The notes beneath the pieces are model-generated. The model was given only the letters and a program-made list of their open reading frames with translations. It was not told the DNA's origin and did no database searches. Both the position numbers and the translations under genes were made by a program. A stretch of DNA of 64,000 nucleotides from Camelus dromedarius (Eukaryota). The stretch spans positions 39,992,001 through 40,056,000 of the forward strand of contig NC_087436.1 in assembly GCF_036321535.1 (NCBI RefSeq), given 5' to 3'. Positions 24,338 to 36,829 of the stretch are shown here, in pieces (position 1 is the first letter of the stretch; each line of letters begins with the position of its first letter).

Positions 24338-24590
24338 TGTATTAGCCAGGGTTCTCCAATTGGGAACAAACCAGTAGGTGATATGTGTGTGTGTATATAT
24401 CTATGTCTCTCTATATAGATGTCTTATTATATATTACAGGCACCAGTAAGTCCAAAATCTGTAGGGCAAGCTGGCTGGCTGGAGATTCAGGTAAGAGTCT
24501 TGAGTCTGGAGGTGGAAACTTAGGCAGATTTTCTCTATTGCAATCTGGAGGCAGAATTCCTTTCTCAAGTTCCCTCAGGTAATCTGTTTC
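24338..24590 (-). mobile_element. MLT2(B-like) ERVL LTR fragment
   Basis: tgtattagccagggttctcc...aagtccaaaatctgtagggcaagctggctggctggag...tctggaggcagaattcctt. Confidence 0.85.
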
Positions 24591-24890
24591 AGCTATTATT
24601 ATTATTCTAACAATATAACAGTGTAACATTAATATTAGTAATATAACAATAATTCAAAAAAGTAAGATAACATTACTACATTGATGCAAGATGCCATTCA
24701 CCGTATAGTGGGGTTAGAGCAGGATTAGAGCTAATTCTGCTTTCACAAGAAAATTCTTCTGAAAATAATCTTTCCTACTCTAAACATTTTTAATTCATTC
24801 AACTATTCATAAGATAGTTTCTATTCAAACTTTTGTGGTTCTAGTCTTTCTAGTCTTTCTTCAGGATGTACTGCATTTGTGAATGTCCTT

Positions 24891-25021
24891 TTTTGGGGGG
24901 AGGGAGGTAATTAAGTTTATTTATTTATTAAAAAAATTTTTAATGGAGGTATTGGGGATTGAACCCAGCAACTCATGCATTCTAAGCATGTGGTCTACCA
25001 CTGAGATACACCCTCCCACCA
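24891..25021 (-). mobile_element. tRNA-derived SINE, camelid vic-1 type
   Basis: Minus strand reads gggagggtgtatctcagtggtag...gggttcaatccccaatacctcc plus an A-rich tail; TSD tgtgaatgtcctt / tgtgagtgtcctt. Confidence 0.92.
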
Positions 25022-25889
25022 TGTGAGTGTCCTTCTTGAAATGTGTTATGTAGAAATTAAAATTTTTCCACATGTGCTCTGATCAGACTGCAGCATTCAG
25101 AACTGTTTATTTCCTTGAGAAAACATTTTATTTCTACTTATACATCATAATCTTGCTTTGTCTTTCCCCACACCTTCCACTGCACACTTAGTGAATTGAT
25201 GGCTCCATGGGATTTATAATCACCTGAAACTCACAGGTCTTTTCACATGATCCATTATTATGTCAAGTTCTTTACTCTCATTTATCAGTAGTTACTGTGC
25301 AGTTCATGGGTTCAAACCAAAAACAGGAGGGTTTTTTTTTTATATCCATACAAAGTTCCTCCATATTCATTACTTATTAAATAAGCCATTTATTAAAGGT
25401 TGCTGAGTGTCTATGTCTTTACCAATTCTGATTCTATTACCTTAATAAACTTGACTCCACTTGGTGGCAGTAAGTTTGATCAATAAAACTTCTACATCTT
25501 AATCCAAGGCATTTAAAAACATTTCCATGAGTACAGGATCAGGTTTAAGTCCTTCAGTACACCATTAGGGATACCTCCTCCAGACTAGTAACTGATTGTT
25601 TAGACCCTTTTGGGGAAGGTTTTTAAAATAGGTAATAATTTATGTAACTCCTTTGCAATTTACTTCTCATTTATCTCTCTTGAACAATAGAATATCTTGA
25701 AATGCTTTTCCAAAGTCCCTGCCAAATAAGATATCTAATTTAGGTAACCCCAAAGAAAGACAGTGTGTTAGTTTTTCATGACTAATTCTTAGTACATCTG
25801 TGTGCACTACCCAATGACATCCTGTCCCTTCAATGTGCACATAATCATTTGGTTGACTATGGAGTGGGCTCACAGTAGAAGGCAGTATC

Positions 25890-26352
25890 GATGGCATTCC
25901 AGGGAATGGAATGGTCATGGCTCATCAGCAGAAGCTGCTAACTCCTCAGGAAAATACTTGCTTTTCTTTCTTTCTGAGCCTCAGTTAGCTTCATTTTCCA
26001 GCTTCCTTTACAGGTAGATGGAACCAATGATTGGTTTCTAGACACTGGAATTTGGGTTGAAACGATATCTGCTCTTCAAAGATCAAGACTTTTAAGAGGC
26101 AGATGTGTCCCCTCCACGTTCTTCCTCTTTCTACCTATTCTGGGTATAGAGAATTATAATATTTTATGAAATGGCAGTACTTTCAGGTGAATGGATACTG
26201 TTTTTGAATCAGGACTAGCTAAAAGCAGCCAGCTCTTCAGAAACACTTACTTTAAAAGGTTATGTAAGGGAGAAATACACTGATTCTGTGTTTGCACCTT
26301 TATATATTTTTGAGTTTATTTGATATAGCAGTTCAACCAACCAAACTAATAC
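25890..26352 (+). mobile_element. MLT1-type MaLR LTR
   Basis: cattttccagcttcctttacaggtagatggaaccaatgattggtttctagacactggaat...agaaatacac...aactaataca. Confidence 0.75.
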
Positions 26353-26649
26353 AGCTTGAATTCCTTCCGTAATTACCATACAAAAATATTTTTAGTCATG
26401 CTTAAAGAGCTTTAATAATGCCAAAAAAAACTCACTCAGTGAAGTAATGTGCTTAGCCAATGCAGAGCTCTGATGGTAAGAAAATTCATCTTTGTTTAGC
26501 TGAAACATTTTCCTGAAGAGGCTTTATAAAATCCTGCCCTTTTAAAGGACCACTCTTTAAGTTTTTTCACAATGAATACATCTATTGTCTGCTTTCTAAA
26601 TGATGTGTTGGTGCCTTGCTTATCTCAGCAAAATTAAAATAGCTCTACC

Positions 26650-27260
26650 TTCTAGACCAAGCAACCCAGGAAGACCTGCTTTCACAGTCCCCAATTACCA
26701 AGTTTCCAACATAGTAATTCTGTATCCCTATGAAATTACAGTTAATTCAAAATAATTTGCAGCATACTGTCTAGAATACTGTGAAGCAGTAAAGACCATG
26801 TACCAACCATCTTTGGGCACAATAGTGGCCAACTGTGAGGAATCTTCTGGTATTTGATTATCTGAGCAGTAGAAGCCATCTGGCTCCCCTTCACCCAACT
26901 GATCTTGACCCAAACCAATGAACTACTCTTTGGGTTTCTTCATTAAAAGTAAAAAAGCCATCATCCATTAATTCTCCCCCTAGAAATCTCAGAAGCTCCA
27001 CTGTGAAGCAAGAGGACCCCATTCCAAATTACTCTGCCAGGGGAAAGGTCTCTGAGAAAGAAGATGCTTATTATTTGATTGCCTAGCCTTTTAATTGAAT
27101 GACCAAGTCATTGGAGGTTCATTGGCCCATTAAAACAGGCCCCAAACTCTTAGGTTTTCTGAGAAATTGTCCTAAAATTTCTGTGTGTCCTGACATTACT
27201 CCTAATATTGTCCTCCCATGTTTCCCTGACTTTCTGGCGCAAGATTATTACTTTGACATT
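26650..27260 (-). mobile_element. Probable ERVL internal (leader) sequence attached to the MER68-like LTR
   Basis: Abuts the LTR. tactttgacat at the junction may be a decayed antisense tRNA-Leu PBS (cacttctgacacca). Confidence 0.4.
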
Positions 27261-27838
27261 TGTAAGGTTCAGGAATCCGCAAGATCACTCACTTATTAAA
27301 TAAGTTTTGGGGTTCCCAAGATTACTGTCAGTTTTGATAAATCATTAGAGGAACTCAAAGAACTCACTGAAAGCTACTATATTCATAGTTATAATTTATC
27401 ATAGTGAAAGGACATGGATTAAAATCAGAGGGAAGGGGTGCATAATGCATGGTCCACACAGGATCTCCCACTTGTCCTCTCCCAGTGGAGTTGTAGACAG
27501 TGCTGATTTCTTTCAGCAACACTGTGTTAATTCACATGGAGTACTGACAGCCAGGGAAGTGCCCTTGAGCTTTGGTGTCCAGAGTTTTATTGGGTCTTGG
27601 TCACATAGATATGACTGACAGCCCAGGTGGCTGGCCTTAGTCTCCAGCAGTCTAGAGGCTGAGCTGATACTGGTGACCCAAAGCCCCCATCATAAATCAC
27701 ACTGTTAACATAGACTATCCAGTGTGGCCCAGAGGCCCCAGGTGAACCAAGACATTCCAGACACATAGAGATCACCTCCTAGAAGCTGAGGCCAAAGGCC
27801 AGAACTCTCTCTGGATAAGATTAATCCCCTACTGCAAA
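27261..27838 (-). mobile_element. MER68-like ERVL LTR
   Basis: ggggttcccaagattac...gtcctctcccagtggagt...ggtgtccagagttttattggg...aaagcccccatcataaatcac...aaaggccaga. Confidence 0.85.
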
Positions 27839-28199
27839 ATGCTTTACTCTGGGCTTCTTCTCATGTGGCTTAATAACCGCATATATGAAAAGTTATAGAA
27901 GTCTATTTAATCACCGATTGATTCGTTCAGCAAATAACTACTGAACACTTACTAGGTACTAAACTTTCTTCTGTACCTCTCCTGATCTTTGGATTTTAAG
28001 TTTCTTTATGGTTTTTCCTTGCTTGTTCTCTTGAGTTTAAAGTTTTCCATTGACTTAAGCAAGAATATGTCTGTCTTGATCCTATTGGAAGGAAGACTAT
28101 CCCAGCTGGCTTCCCTCATGGAATTCTGTTGGCACTGATTTGCCCGGCAGATACCTGACACCTAACTCCTGTGCAAATCTGGCCAATGCTGTCTGTCTC

Positions 28200-28672
28200 A
28201 TTTCCTACTACTCCCCACCTCCTTATTCCCCACTCAGCCCGGTTTCCACCACACTCACTTCCCAACATTCTTCAGATACTTCCACATTAAGGATTTTGCA
28301 CTAGCTGTTCTTTCTTTTTGAAGTTTTATTCCACAGATATCTCTTTTATTCCCTTTCACAATTCCTTCTTGCCTTTACCATAGAGTCTTCTCTTTTGGGA
28401 AGGCTTTCCTAAAGCTCTATCTGAAATTGAAAGCTTCTTCCTAAACTTTCCATCCCCTTTTCTCAGCTTGATTATTTTTCTCCTTAACATATAATTCAAC
28501 TTTTAACATATTACATATTTTAGTAATTACAATGTTTGTTAACTGCCTCTTCCTTCTAGAAATAGACATCAAATACCAGGAATTTTTAGCTATTTTGTTC
28601 ACTCTTTTATCCTGAGTGTGTAAAATAGAACCTGATGGATAACCAGTGTTGAACACTTGTTTAATGAATGAA
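28200..28672 (+). mobile_element. L2a 3' end
   Basis: ttttgcactagctgttc...ttttgttcactc...tagaacctga...acttgtttaatgaatgaa. Confidence 0.8.
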
Positions 28673-28829
28673 CCTCTGTGCATTTCACAGAATGTGTCCT
28701 GTTATTAAACAGTATCTTTTTTTCTTTTTCATTCAATTAAGTGCTTTAGATGTATGTCTTCAAGTGCATCCCTTTTCATTTAGCCCATTTAGCCACATCT
28801 TTGAGAGCTGAAGGTTGGTAGTTCAAGTT

Positions 28830-29005
28830 AGTTCAGACTTTGAAGTCAACAAGATATAGATTTGAATCTCAGTTTTTCCATTACCAGCTGAATGACCAAG
28901 TACACTTTCATAATTCCCTTAAACATTCAATTTTCTCAACTTGAAGTAGATAAAGTATCTACTTCACAGAATTGTGAGAGTTACATCCCATGATATTTTT
29001 GTAAT
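28830..29005 (+). mobile_element. MIR SINE
   Basis: agactttgaagtcaac...tttgaatctcag...ccagctgaatgacc...atctacttcacagaattgtgag. Confidence 0.8.
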
Positions 29006-31099
29006 AAATTTGTTCCTTTTTCCCCTTTTCACTGGCCTATTTTAAGATATTGATTTCATCTTTGTATTGCTTCCACAATGCCTCACATATACTCAAAAAC
29101 CCTGAAATCTTGCTCTCAGTCTCTCTAAGATCATGACTACAAATTCTTGAGAAGGTGATACATACTGAGAGAAAATGCTATGCATGTGTTCCTAATGAAC
29201 CCGTTTGGCTTCTGGTAGTCAGCTGTTCTTTTTCAAAATATTAGTTAATCTTGTATGTCCTTTTGGGAGATTATTTTTCTTTCAAAAAAAATTGCAACCA
29301 AATTTGCCCATCCCCAGTGTTTTGGTATTCATGATTACTCAAATTCCTTGTGATGGCCAGTCCACCCCACTTACGGTTTCTCTTAGTCTCCTGGGTTAAC
29401 AGGTTTTTTCTAAGGTAGTAGACCTTATAGAGAACAGTGAGGTATTCTCTTCAAACTACTTTTTTTGCCTTAGTTTTTTGTGTCCCCTTACAAATGTTTG
29501 CTGTATATATTTTAGTTTAAAATTTCTCTTCCTTTATGGAGAACACAGAGACAATAAGATGGTGTGTTTTTGCAATGTTATCCATCAGGTTTACACCATC
29601 AACTGCAGGCAGTGAGTCTAGCCATTCATTGCTAGCTTTGTTCTGTATGCATTCAACAAAGGCAATCTTTGAGCTTTTAAACATTATAAGGCTTCAGATG
29701 ACATTATTCTTACATTCTGTAATACTCTCTAATCTTCTTCATATTGGTTTTATGTCTTATTTCCATCTTATTAAATGTTCTTATTTCCATCTTAATATAT
29801 TCTCCCAGTATTTAATTTCCACAAAGCTCAGGTGCAACTAAAATGATTTTTAAGCTAGACTCTATTTTTCTTCCTCACATGTAATTGCATAGCCAGAAAT
29901 ACTTTTTCAGAGAACATACCAGACTGCTTGAATCATTGTCCGCCTCTGAGGCATGAATTAGTACCTTTCTTACACCTGAACTTTTAAGTCTGTCTTCCAA
30001 AAGTCTAGGATACATTAGTCATTATGCTCAGTCTTCAATTTCATGGCTATCAAAATTCTGTGATGACAAAATTACTTTCTCCCCAGGTTGCCATCATTTC
30101 TTCATCACTAACTAATTCTTGCTTTTTCATTGGTATTAAGTCATGAGAAATGAATCAGTGAGTAATTCAGTAACTTCTCTTTCCCACAAAAGACCCTTTC
30201 TCATTATTTCCCCTGAAACGCATTGTTTTCAATACTTTATTTCCAGACTAAAACAGTAGCTTGTACATTCTTATTCTTAACTATTCAGTTGCTTTTAAGC
30301 ATTTGAAAGTTCTAAAAGCAAGCCAAAGACCGCCATAACTATTTTTAGAAGTCCCTGGTTGTGATGTCTCGTTGCACATGTTTCTAATGCTTGGAAAGTA
30401 AAACTTGCAACAAAATTGGAATTTTCAGTGGATGTCTGGAAAACTGGAGTCCCGTAATAACTATAATAGCTTGCCTCTGAGTCAGTTTTGTTCTGTGTGA
30501 GGAAGGTATTAGTATAGTCTTGACAGCTGAGTTCTTTAATGCAGATTTCTGCAATAATACCACTCTGTTTCTCTCTTGAATCTTTCTTACACATTGGATT
30601 AATGATGGTAAATAATGTGGTGACAGATAAACAGATTGCCCTCACCTAGAATCGAAGTACTCTTCCTCAGATTTCACTGTTTCCAAGATCTCATTTCAGC
30701 TGTATATGTTCTTGATATATTTTCATTCACCTCACTTTCTACTGGATCTATTTACTTTAAATAAATAGGAATAGAAGTGTATTTTCATCCACTGTTAGCT
30801 ATGATATTCATATTTATATTTATAATATGTCCATAAAATAAACTTTTTATGTTTAAATGAGAATCATATTTAGCTTTATTTTTGCAGACCCAGATTTGTG
30901 ATCAGAAATGTTTGGAGGCCACTGATGTAGCCATTGCTGCACTGATGCTGTTTCACAGGGAGTGGACAGACAGAAGTGTTCCTAGTCTGAATTAATCACT
31001 CAGTCCTAAGTCTTCTTCTGCTTTTGTGTCATAGTTATTATGGTTTTGCTGTCCTGCCTTGTAAAGTTAATTGAGCACATATCTGCCTTTGTACCATTG

Positions 31100-31730
31100 A
31101 GGTTTCAGCAAAATTGAGCAAAATACTTCCTTCTTGAAATTATCACAGTCTCGTGATTTTCATTCTGCTTCCATATTCTCTGTCTCTTCCTCTTACACAT
31201 GGCCTTTACATTTTGTTTTCCCCAGGATTTGGTCCACTGCTGTTCTCACTGTACTGCTCTTTCTTGGTTGTTTCTTGAGCATCACTGGGGACTCAGAAAC
31301 CATGTAAATGCTGTCCACCCTCAGATCATCTTTCTCATAAAATTGTCTGTTCCTCCGTTTCTCCTTGTCTCAGTGAATTAAACCACTACCGATGGTTCAA
31401 GCCTCAACCCCTAGCCTCCTAGCTCTCAATAAATTCTATGCTCAATTGGCCATAAATTGTTATAGATCCCACACTCTTAACATCTCTAGCATCCATTTGC
31501 CTCTCTAATTGCCACCTGCCATTGCACTAATTCAAAATTCATCTGTTTTTACCTGGATCACTGGAGTAACTTCAATGGATTTCATCCCCACTGTCATGTG
31601 GAGCAGATTTATGGTTTCCAGTTTCAGCGAGGTTCTCAAAATTATTTGGCAATCTTTTTACTTGTCACTCAAAAGAATCTTGGGTTTATAGCCTTGACCT
31701 ATGAAGTAGTGTGAGCCCCGCTGTCTCCCC
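31100..31730 (+). mobile_element. L2 fragment
   Basis: ccccaggatttggtcc...ctccttgtctcagtgaat...ttacctggatcactg. Confidence 0.6.
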
Positions 31731-32504
31731 CACAACGTCTAGTCGTGATTTGGGGGAATCTAACAGTGATGCTTTACAGGTAACCGTGTGGGAATCTATA
31801 AGCCTCTGTCTTCATGCCGAATTGTCCCAGACTGTGTGGTTTGCCCGCAGCTGCTTCTGTGTAGCTGCCTGTAAGGAGCCTCACCACCATTCCGACCCGA
31901 ACGCCAACATTCCTGCCAAGGAAGTTGTTTCTAGGTATTCAGAGGACTTCTCATCTCTGGAATAATGGAACGACTCTGACTTTGTACTGAGGTAGGGAGA
32001 ACGCTACACTTCATCACCTGAGCCCTAAAGCATGATAAGCAAAGTCCCTGTGCTAGAATGTGGAAGTTCCTGGGCCTCACCCCATAATGAGGTGCTCTCT
32101 CTCATTCAGTCATGCTGCCACAAATGAGGCAGACAGCTACCCACTTCCCCTGATTGCTCTTTACTGTTCTTTCCAATCTTCCCTTAGCCCAAATCTCGTG
32201 TCTAGTTAACAGATGTAAGATGGAAGAAGGTCTTTATTTCAATGGAATCTGGTAGATACTGAGACATGTAGAGGGGGAATGGAAGGAGGGAGCAGGGTTT
32301 TTACTCTAGAACAGAAACAGGGAGCAAAAATATTTTTTATCATTATCTGATTTCATCTTCCTTGTGGACTTTCCTTGGCTTATTTTCTGAATATGGAACA
32401 TTTTGTTCTAAACCTACTTACCCTTCTTTGCTGTTCATTTACCATTCTCCTTACTGTAAGTTAATACTATTGCTTCCAACTTCAGAGAAAAAACTAGTTC
32501 CTCA

Positions 32505-32820
32505 ATTCATTTATTTATTCCCTCAACAAGCATTCATTGATGGTCTGAAATATACTAGAAACTATTCTAAATACTTTGGCTCTAAATATAAGACATACCT
32601 TTTTTTCCCAAGAAGCTTATAGTGCTATGGGAGAAACACTAGTCAAGAAATAATAAAATTAAGTGTTAACACTGATGTGGTAAGAATCCACATAGAATAC
32701 AGGGTACTTGCAATGAAAGGAGAGGAAAATTATGTTAGGGACAGAAATCAGAGGCTTTGTAAAGGAACTGAAATTTCAAAAGTCTGAGTTTGATTACGTA
32801 AATATTGGATATTTGTTCCA
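32505..32820 (-). mobile_element. L2 3' end
   Basis: ttcatttatttattccctcaacaagcattcattga...aagaagcttatagt. Confidence 0.65.
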
Positions 32821-33764
32821 TAAATATTATAAAGCCATTTTGAGAATTTAGAAAACAGATGGAGTCCATTTGTAACATTTTAAACTTGAAATGTATGGTT
32901 TTATAAGCATGTGTATGTGTGAATAGGTTTGTGTGAGTGTGTTTTTGTATGTTTGTGTGAGTGTGTGAAGGGAAGGGGCAGAGGGACAGAAGTGGGGAGG
33001 AGAGGGAGAAGATATTCTTGGCCACCTGTTTAAGAAAAAAAAAGTTTTGTCTTTCTGTTCTTCTAATTATGCTGTGGATGGATGGATCCTATCAATTATA
33101 CAAACATCATATAATTTGATATTTTTCTAGTCTTTATATTAAAGAACCCTTAAACTTTCTATGTTTTCACTTTTATTTGCTGATTGATTCGGTAAGCTTT
33201 CCTAGTATACGTATTTATGGAAAAGTACTATGAGGAAAATGAAGGTGATTATCTAAATGAACAAGTTTGATCCTAGCATTCAAAGCAGCTTACGTAGAAG
33301 GGAAAGGAAAAAACAACAGCTGAGTGTGAAACAGAGCCGTCCAAGTTTTCTGAAGTTGTAGCATTGTTGTTACTGTAAAAAAAAAAAAAAAAAAAAACCC
33401 TTTTAAAATTCTCTCTTAATGAAGTAGTGAGCATGGTCCTCCTCTGCTTTGGGAGAGCATCCCTGAGGGAGGAGTGAGCGGCCTTAAGCGTTATAGTGGT
33501 GTGCTCACAGTAGAGGGTCTTGCTCCAGGGTCTTTACTCACACTCACGTGTATCTGACTGATAGCAGCTTAGAGAAATATCACTTCACACATTTATATGC
33601 AATAGAAAAGAAAGTCTTACTTTCAAAAAACAACCAAGACCTCTTGTGGAAGTCATTCATTTCTTAAAAGAGGGAAAATTTTAAATTTTCGGTTGTTGGT
33701 TTTTGGTTATTGTGCCAAATGCTGCCTTGAAATCACACCCCTGTAAGGGTATAATATATAGCGT

Positions 33765-34585
33765 TGTGATATTGTGCTTTATAATAAGAAATATATATTT
33801 GATCTTCCTCCCATTTCTGGTACAAAGCTCCTAAAGCTCTTGGAGTGTCCTTAGGTGATGAGGACCAGAAAGGTGTCTTTTATGTTAATGAGGTAGCTTT
33901 TGGACCCCACATAAGGATGGAGGCTGGTTGCCAGGAGAACCACCCATGTGATTAGCGGGTTTGTACTTTCAGTCCTACCCTCCTGTCCTTCTCTTGGGAC
34001 AGGAAAGGGGCTGGAAATTGCCAATGGACAATGATTTAATTAATCATGCTTATGTAATGAAACTTCTATAAAATCCCAAAAGGACAGGGTTCAGAGAGGT
34101 TCCTGGTTGATGAACAGATAGAGGCTTGGGGAGAATAGTGCACTCAGAGAGGCTGGAAGATCCATGCCTTTCCCCCACATCTTGCCTTGTATACCTTTTC
34201 CATCGCTATGTCCCTGAGTTATATCACTTTATGATAAACTGGCAATCTAGTAAGTAAAATGTTCCTCTGAGTTCTGTGAGCTGATCTAGCAAATTAACTG
34301 AATCCCAGGAGGGGTCTAGGGAACCTCTGATTTATAGCCGGTGATTCCGAGGCACAGGTAGCAATCTGGGCTTTCCACTTGCTTCTGAAGTTGGGGAGAG
34401 GGCAGTCTTGTAGGACTGAGGCCATAGCCTGTGTGAACTCTAATACTCTCACTGGGTAGATAGTGGCAGGATGAGCTGAATGCTCAAACACCTTGCTGCT
34501 GTGGGAGAATTGCTTGGTGGTGGGTGGAGAAGTCCCAACACCCCGTTCCCCAGCATGTTGGAATTGGATCCAGGGACCCCTAAAG
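33765..34585 (+). mobile_element. MER21-family LTR
   Basis: tgtgatattgtgctttataataagaaatatatattt...ggctggttgccaggagaacc...ttaatcatgcttatgtaatgaaac...ctctgagttctgtgagc. Confidence 0.9.
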
Positions 34586-34594
34586 AAGCCTCTA

Positions 34595-35045
34595 TTATAT
34601 TATTGAGTAAAGAGGTATTCCTCTGATTTTGGTAGAGAAACCAGAATTGCTGTAAGGACTAAGAGAATAGAATGATTCAGTATAGAATTTGGGGCTTATG
34701 TGAATATGGGGAGAGGGGCTAGAATGAGGGCGTTAGGGGTGGAGGGGTGGTGATGAAGGTCAGGAGGGTCAAGAACCAGCCACTGATGACATCAGCCTGA
34801 AGCACTGAATAAGAGGACTCCAGAGTTGGTTAGAAACTGCTGACAATTCTGGAAAAGATCCTCTGAATGCTATCAGTCTTCATCGGAGAAGCAGGAGATT
34901 AGAGAGAAGTCTGAGAAGTCATCATGACCTCCTGAGAGAATCACAAATTTCTTCCGAATCTGAGTCCCCCTCACAGTTACACTCAAACATGGAAACACAT
35001 TTGGAATGGTATTCTGGAAAATGTAGTTCCTGGCTTGTCTGCGGT
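34595..35045 (-). mobile_element. Old LTR fragment (MaLR/ERVL class)
   Basis: tattctggaaaatgtagttcc terminal motif; tagagaaaccagaa start. Confidence 0.4.
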
Positions 35046-36829
35046 GTAGAGGGGCCCTTAGGACTGGGAGCCCATAGTGCCGGGTGTACAGCAGTGATCC
35101 AATGAGTGAATCATGTGAGCAGGACTCAATGTTTGCAGCTTGATATTTGCTTTTCAAGAATTTAAAAAAAAAAAAGGAAATTTGTCTTATAGTAAAAAAA
35201 AAAAAAAAAGAAAGAAAATTTTGACTATACTTTAAATTTACATAGTTTCTCACCATATTCTGAATATTTTGAAATTGACCAGTGAAGAATCTTACGTTTT
35301 CTTCAGCCTGTAAAAAAAATCACAAATAAGCCTAGTGCACTGAATAGCCTTTTACTGAAAAAATACTACTTATCTGACAAAATTAAAACTAAAATTATCT
35401 TGACATATTTAAATTTGGTTAAGTTGATGATATGATGAAACTTTACTGATTCTGCTCATCACTAAATATATTATGGCAAGAATGTATGTGTGTATTCGCT
35501 CACCTATAATTAAAAGGCCATTTCTATTTCTAAAAATATTTTCCTGAGCGTATGTGTGTGTGTATACGTGTGTGTCCACATGTGAGTCTCCCTGGATACA
35601 TATATATGCACGTAGATGTGTCCGCATGTATGGATAAGTATATTCTTATATATCAAGCTGATGACACTTTTGTCCACATTGCTAGCTAATTCTTTCTAGT
35701 AATGGCATTTTTTATTTATAGCAGTCTAACTTCTTTAATAAACACTGTTACTGTCTGTACTCCGGAGCCAAATCCAAAACCCTAAACTAGTCAAAATGCA
35801 TTATTTTTAATACTCAGTATTCTCGATGGTAGAGCAGTGATTCTTTTCCTATAAAAATTCTGCCTTTAGGGGATCAACATTTTTCAGCTTTAAATAAGAC
35901 AAAATTGATTGTGTTGCAGCAGCCTAGTTTTTTTGCGTAGACCTATGTTAAGATACTTTTTAAAATTAAATGTCAAATCCAGCTTGGCACTGGAAACATA
36001 GTGCATGCTTGATGTTTGAGGAAAAGCTGTCAGCTTGTCTCTGCTTGTCAAATTGCCAGTTGCCTCGTTGTGATTAGCTTAGGCTAAGGGGTCACCGTTG
36101 GGCAGGACTTCCCGTCACAAGCGGCTCAGTACTGTGTGACTTGGGGGAGAAATGGGAGACAGCCTATTTGTCTTCGGGAGATTGAGTTTTATACTTTTAA
36201 TTACTTAAGGTTATTTTAGGTAGGTTTCTCACAGATGAACCAATACATCAGAAATCCTATTCTGAGTTAGGCATGAAAAGAAAGCTGAAATCTTTTTAAG
36301 TAGTAATTCCTATGAATCTTTGTGTCTGCTACTGGAGTTGAAATGGAAGATTTTTATTCTATTTGCATGGTGATATGTGATATTAATACCTTTTACATTT
36401 GGAAAAATTTCAAGCCATAATGTAATTGGTAGTCAACCAAAGACTTGGTGAACTGGACTGTCTCTGTTCTTTAGAATAACTTGTTCCTTGTGGTGATGGT
36501 TTTTTGTGAGATTGTGTGATCCTCTAATAAATTAGAAATCAGAAACAATTATCCAAATAATTAAAGCTTTCCACTTCCCCTAAATAAACAAACCAAAGAA
36601 AAAGAGAGCAAATCTTACCGATATTTCTCTACTCCGGAATCCAAAACAGAATAGACACTGCTTCGACTATTCGGATAGCTAGGGGAAAACCAGAGCTTGG
36701 AAGTAAAATGAGTGGCATAAAGAGGAAAGGGGAGATTCATTCCCTGAGGTGGTACCCAGCAGCCGTGCGGAAGACATCCTGTGATAGCCACCACAGCGTC
36801 CGGGGGCAGGACTGGAGTCCTACTTTGTC

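Larger units (their letters stand above)
25040..30820 (-). mobile_element. Fragmented ancient CR1/L3 LINE ORF2, split by later insertions
   Basis: ttccacatgtgctctgatcagactgcag (3' part); RT-region relics at ~25400-25800. ORF 30295-30645 resembles a decayed CR1 endonuclease segment (...REKQSGIIAEICIKELSCQDYTNTFLTQ...). Continuity between the pieces is inferred. Confidence 0.6.
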
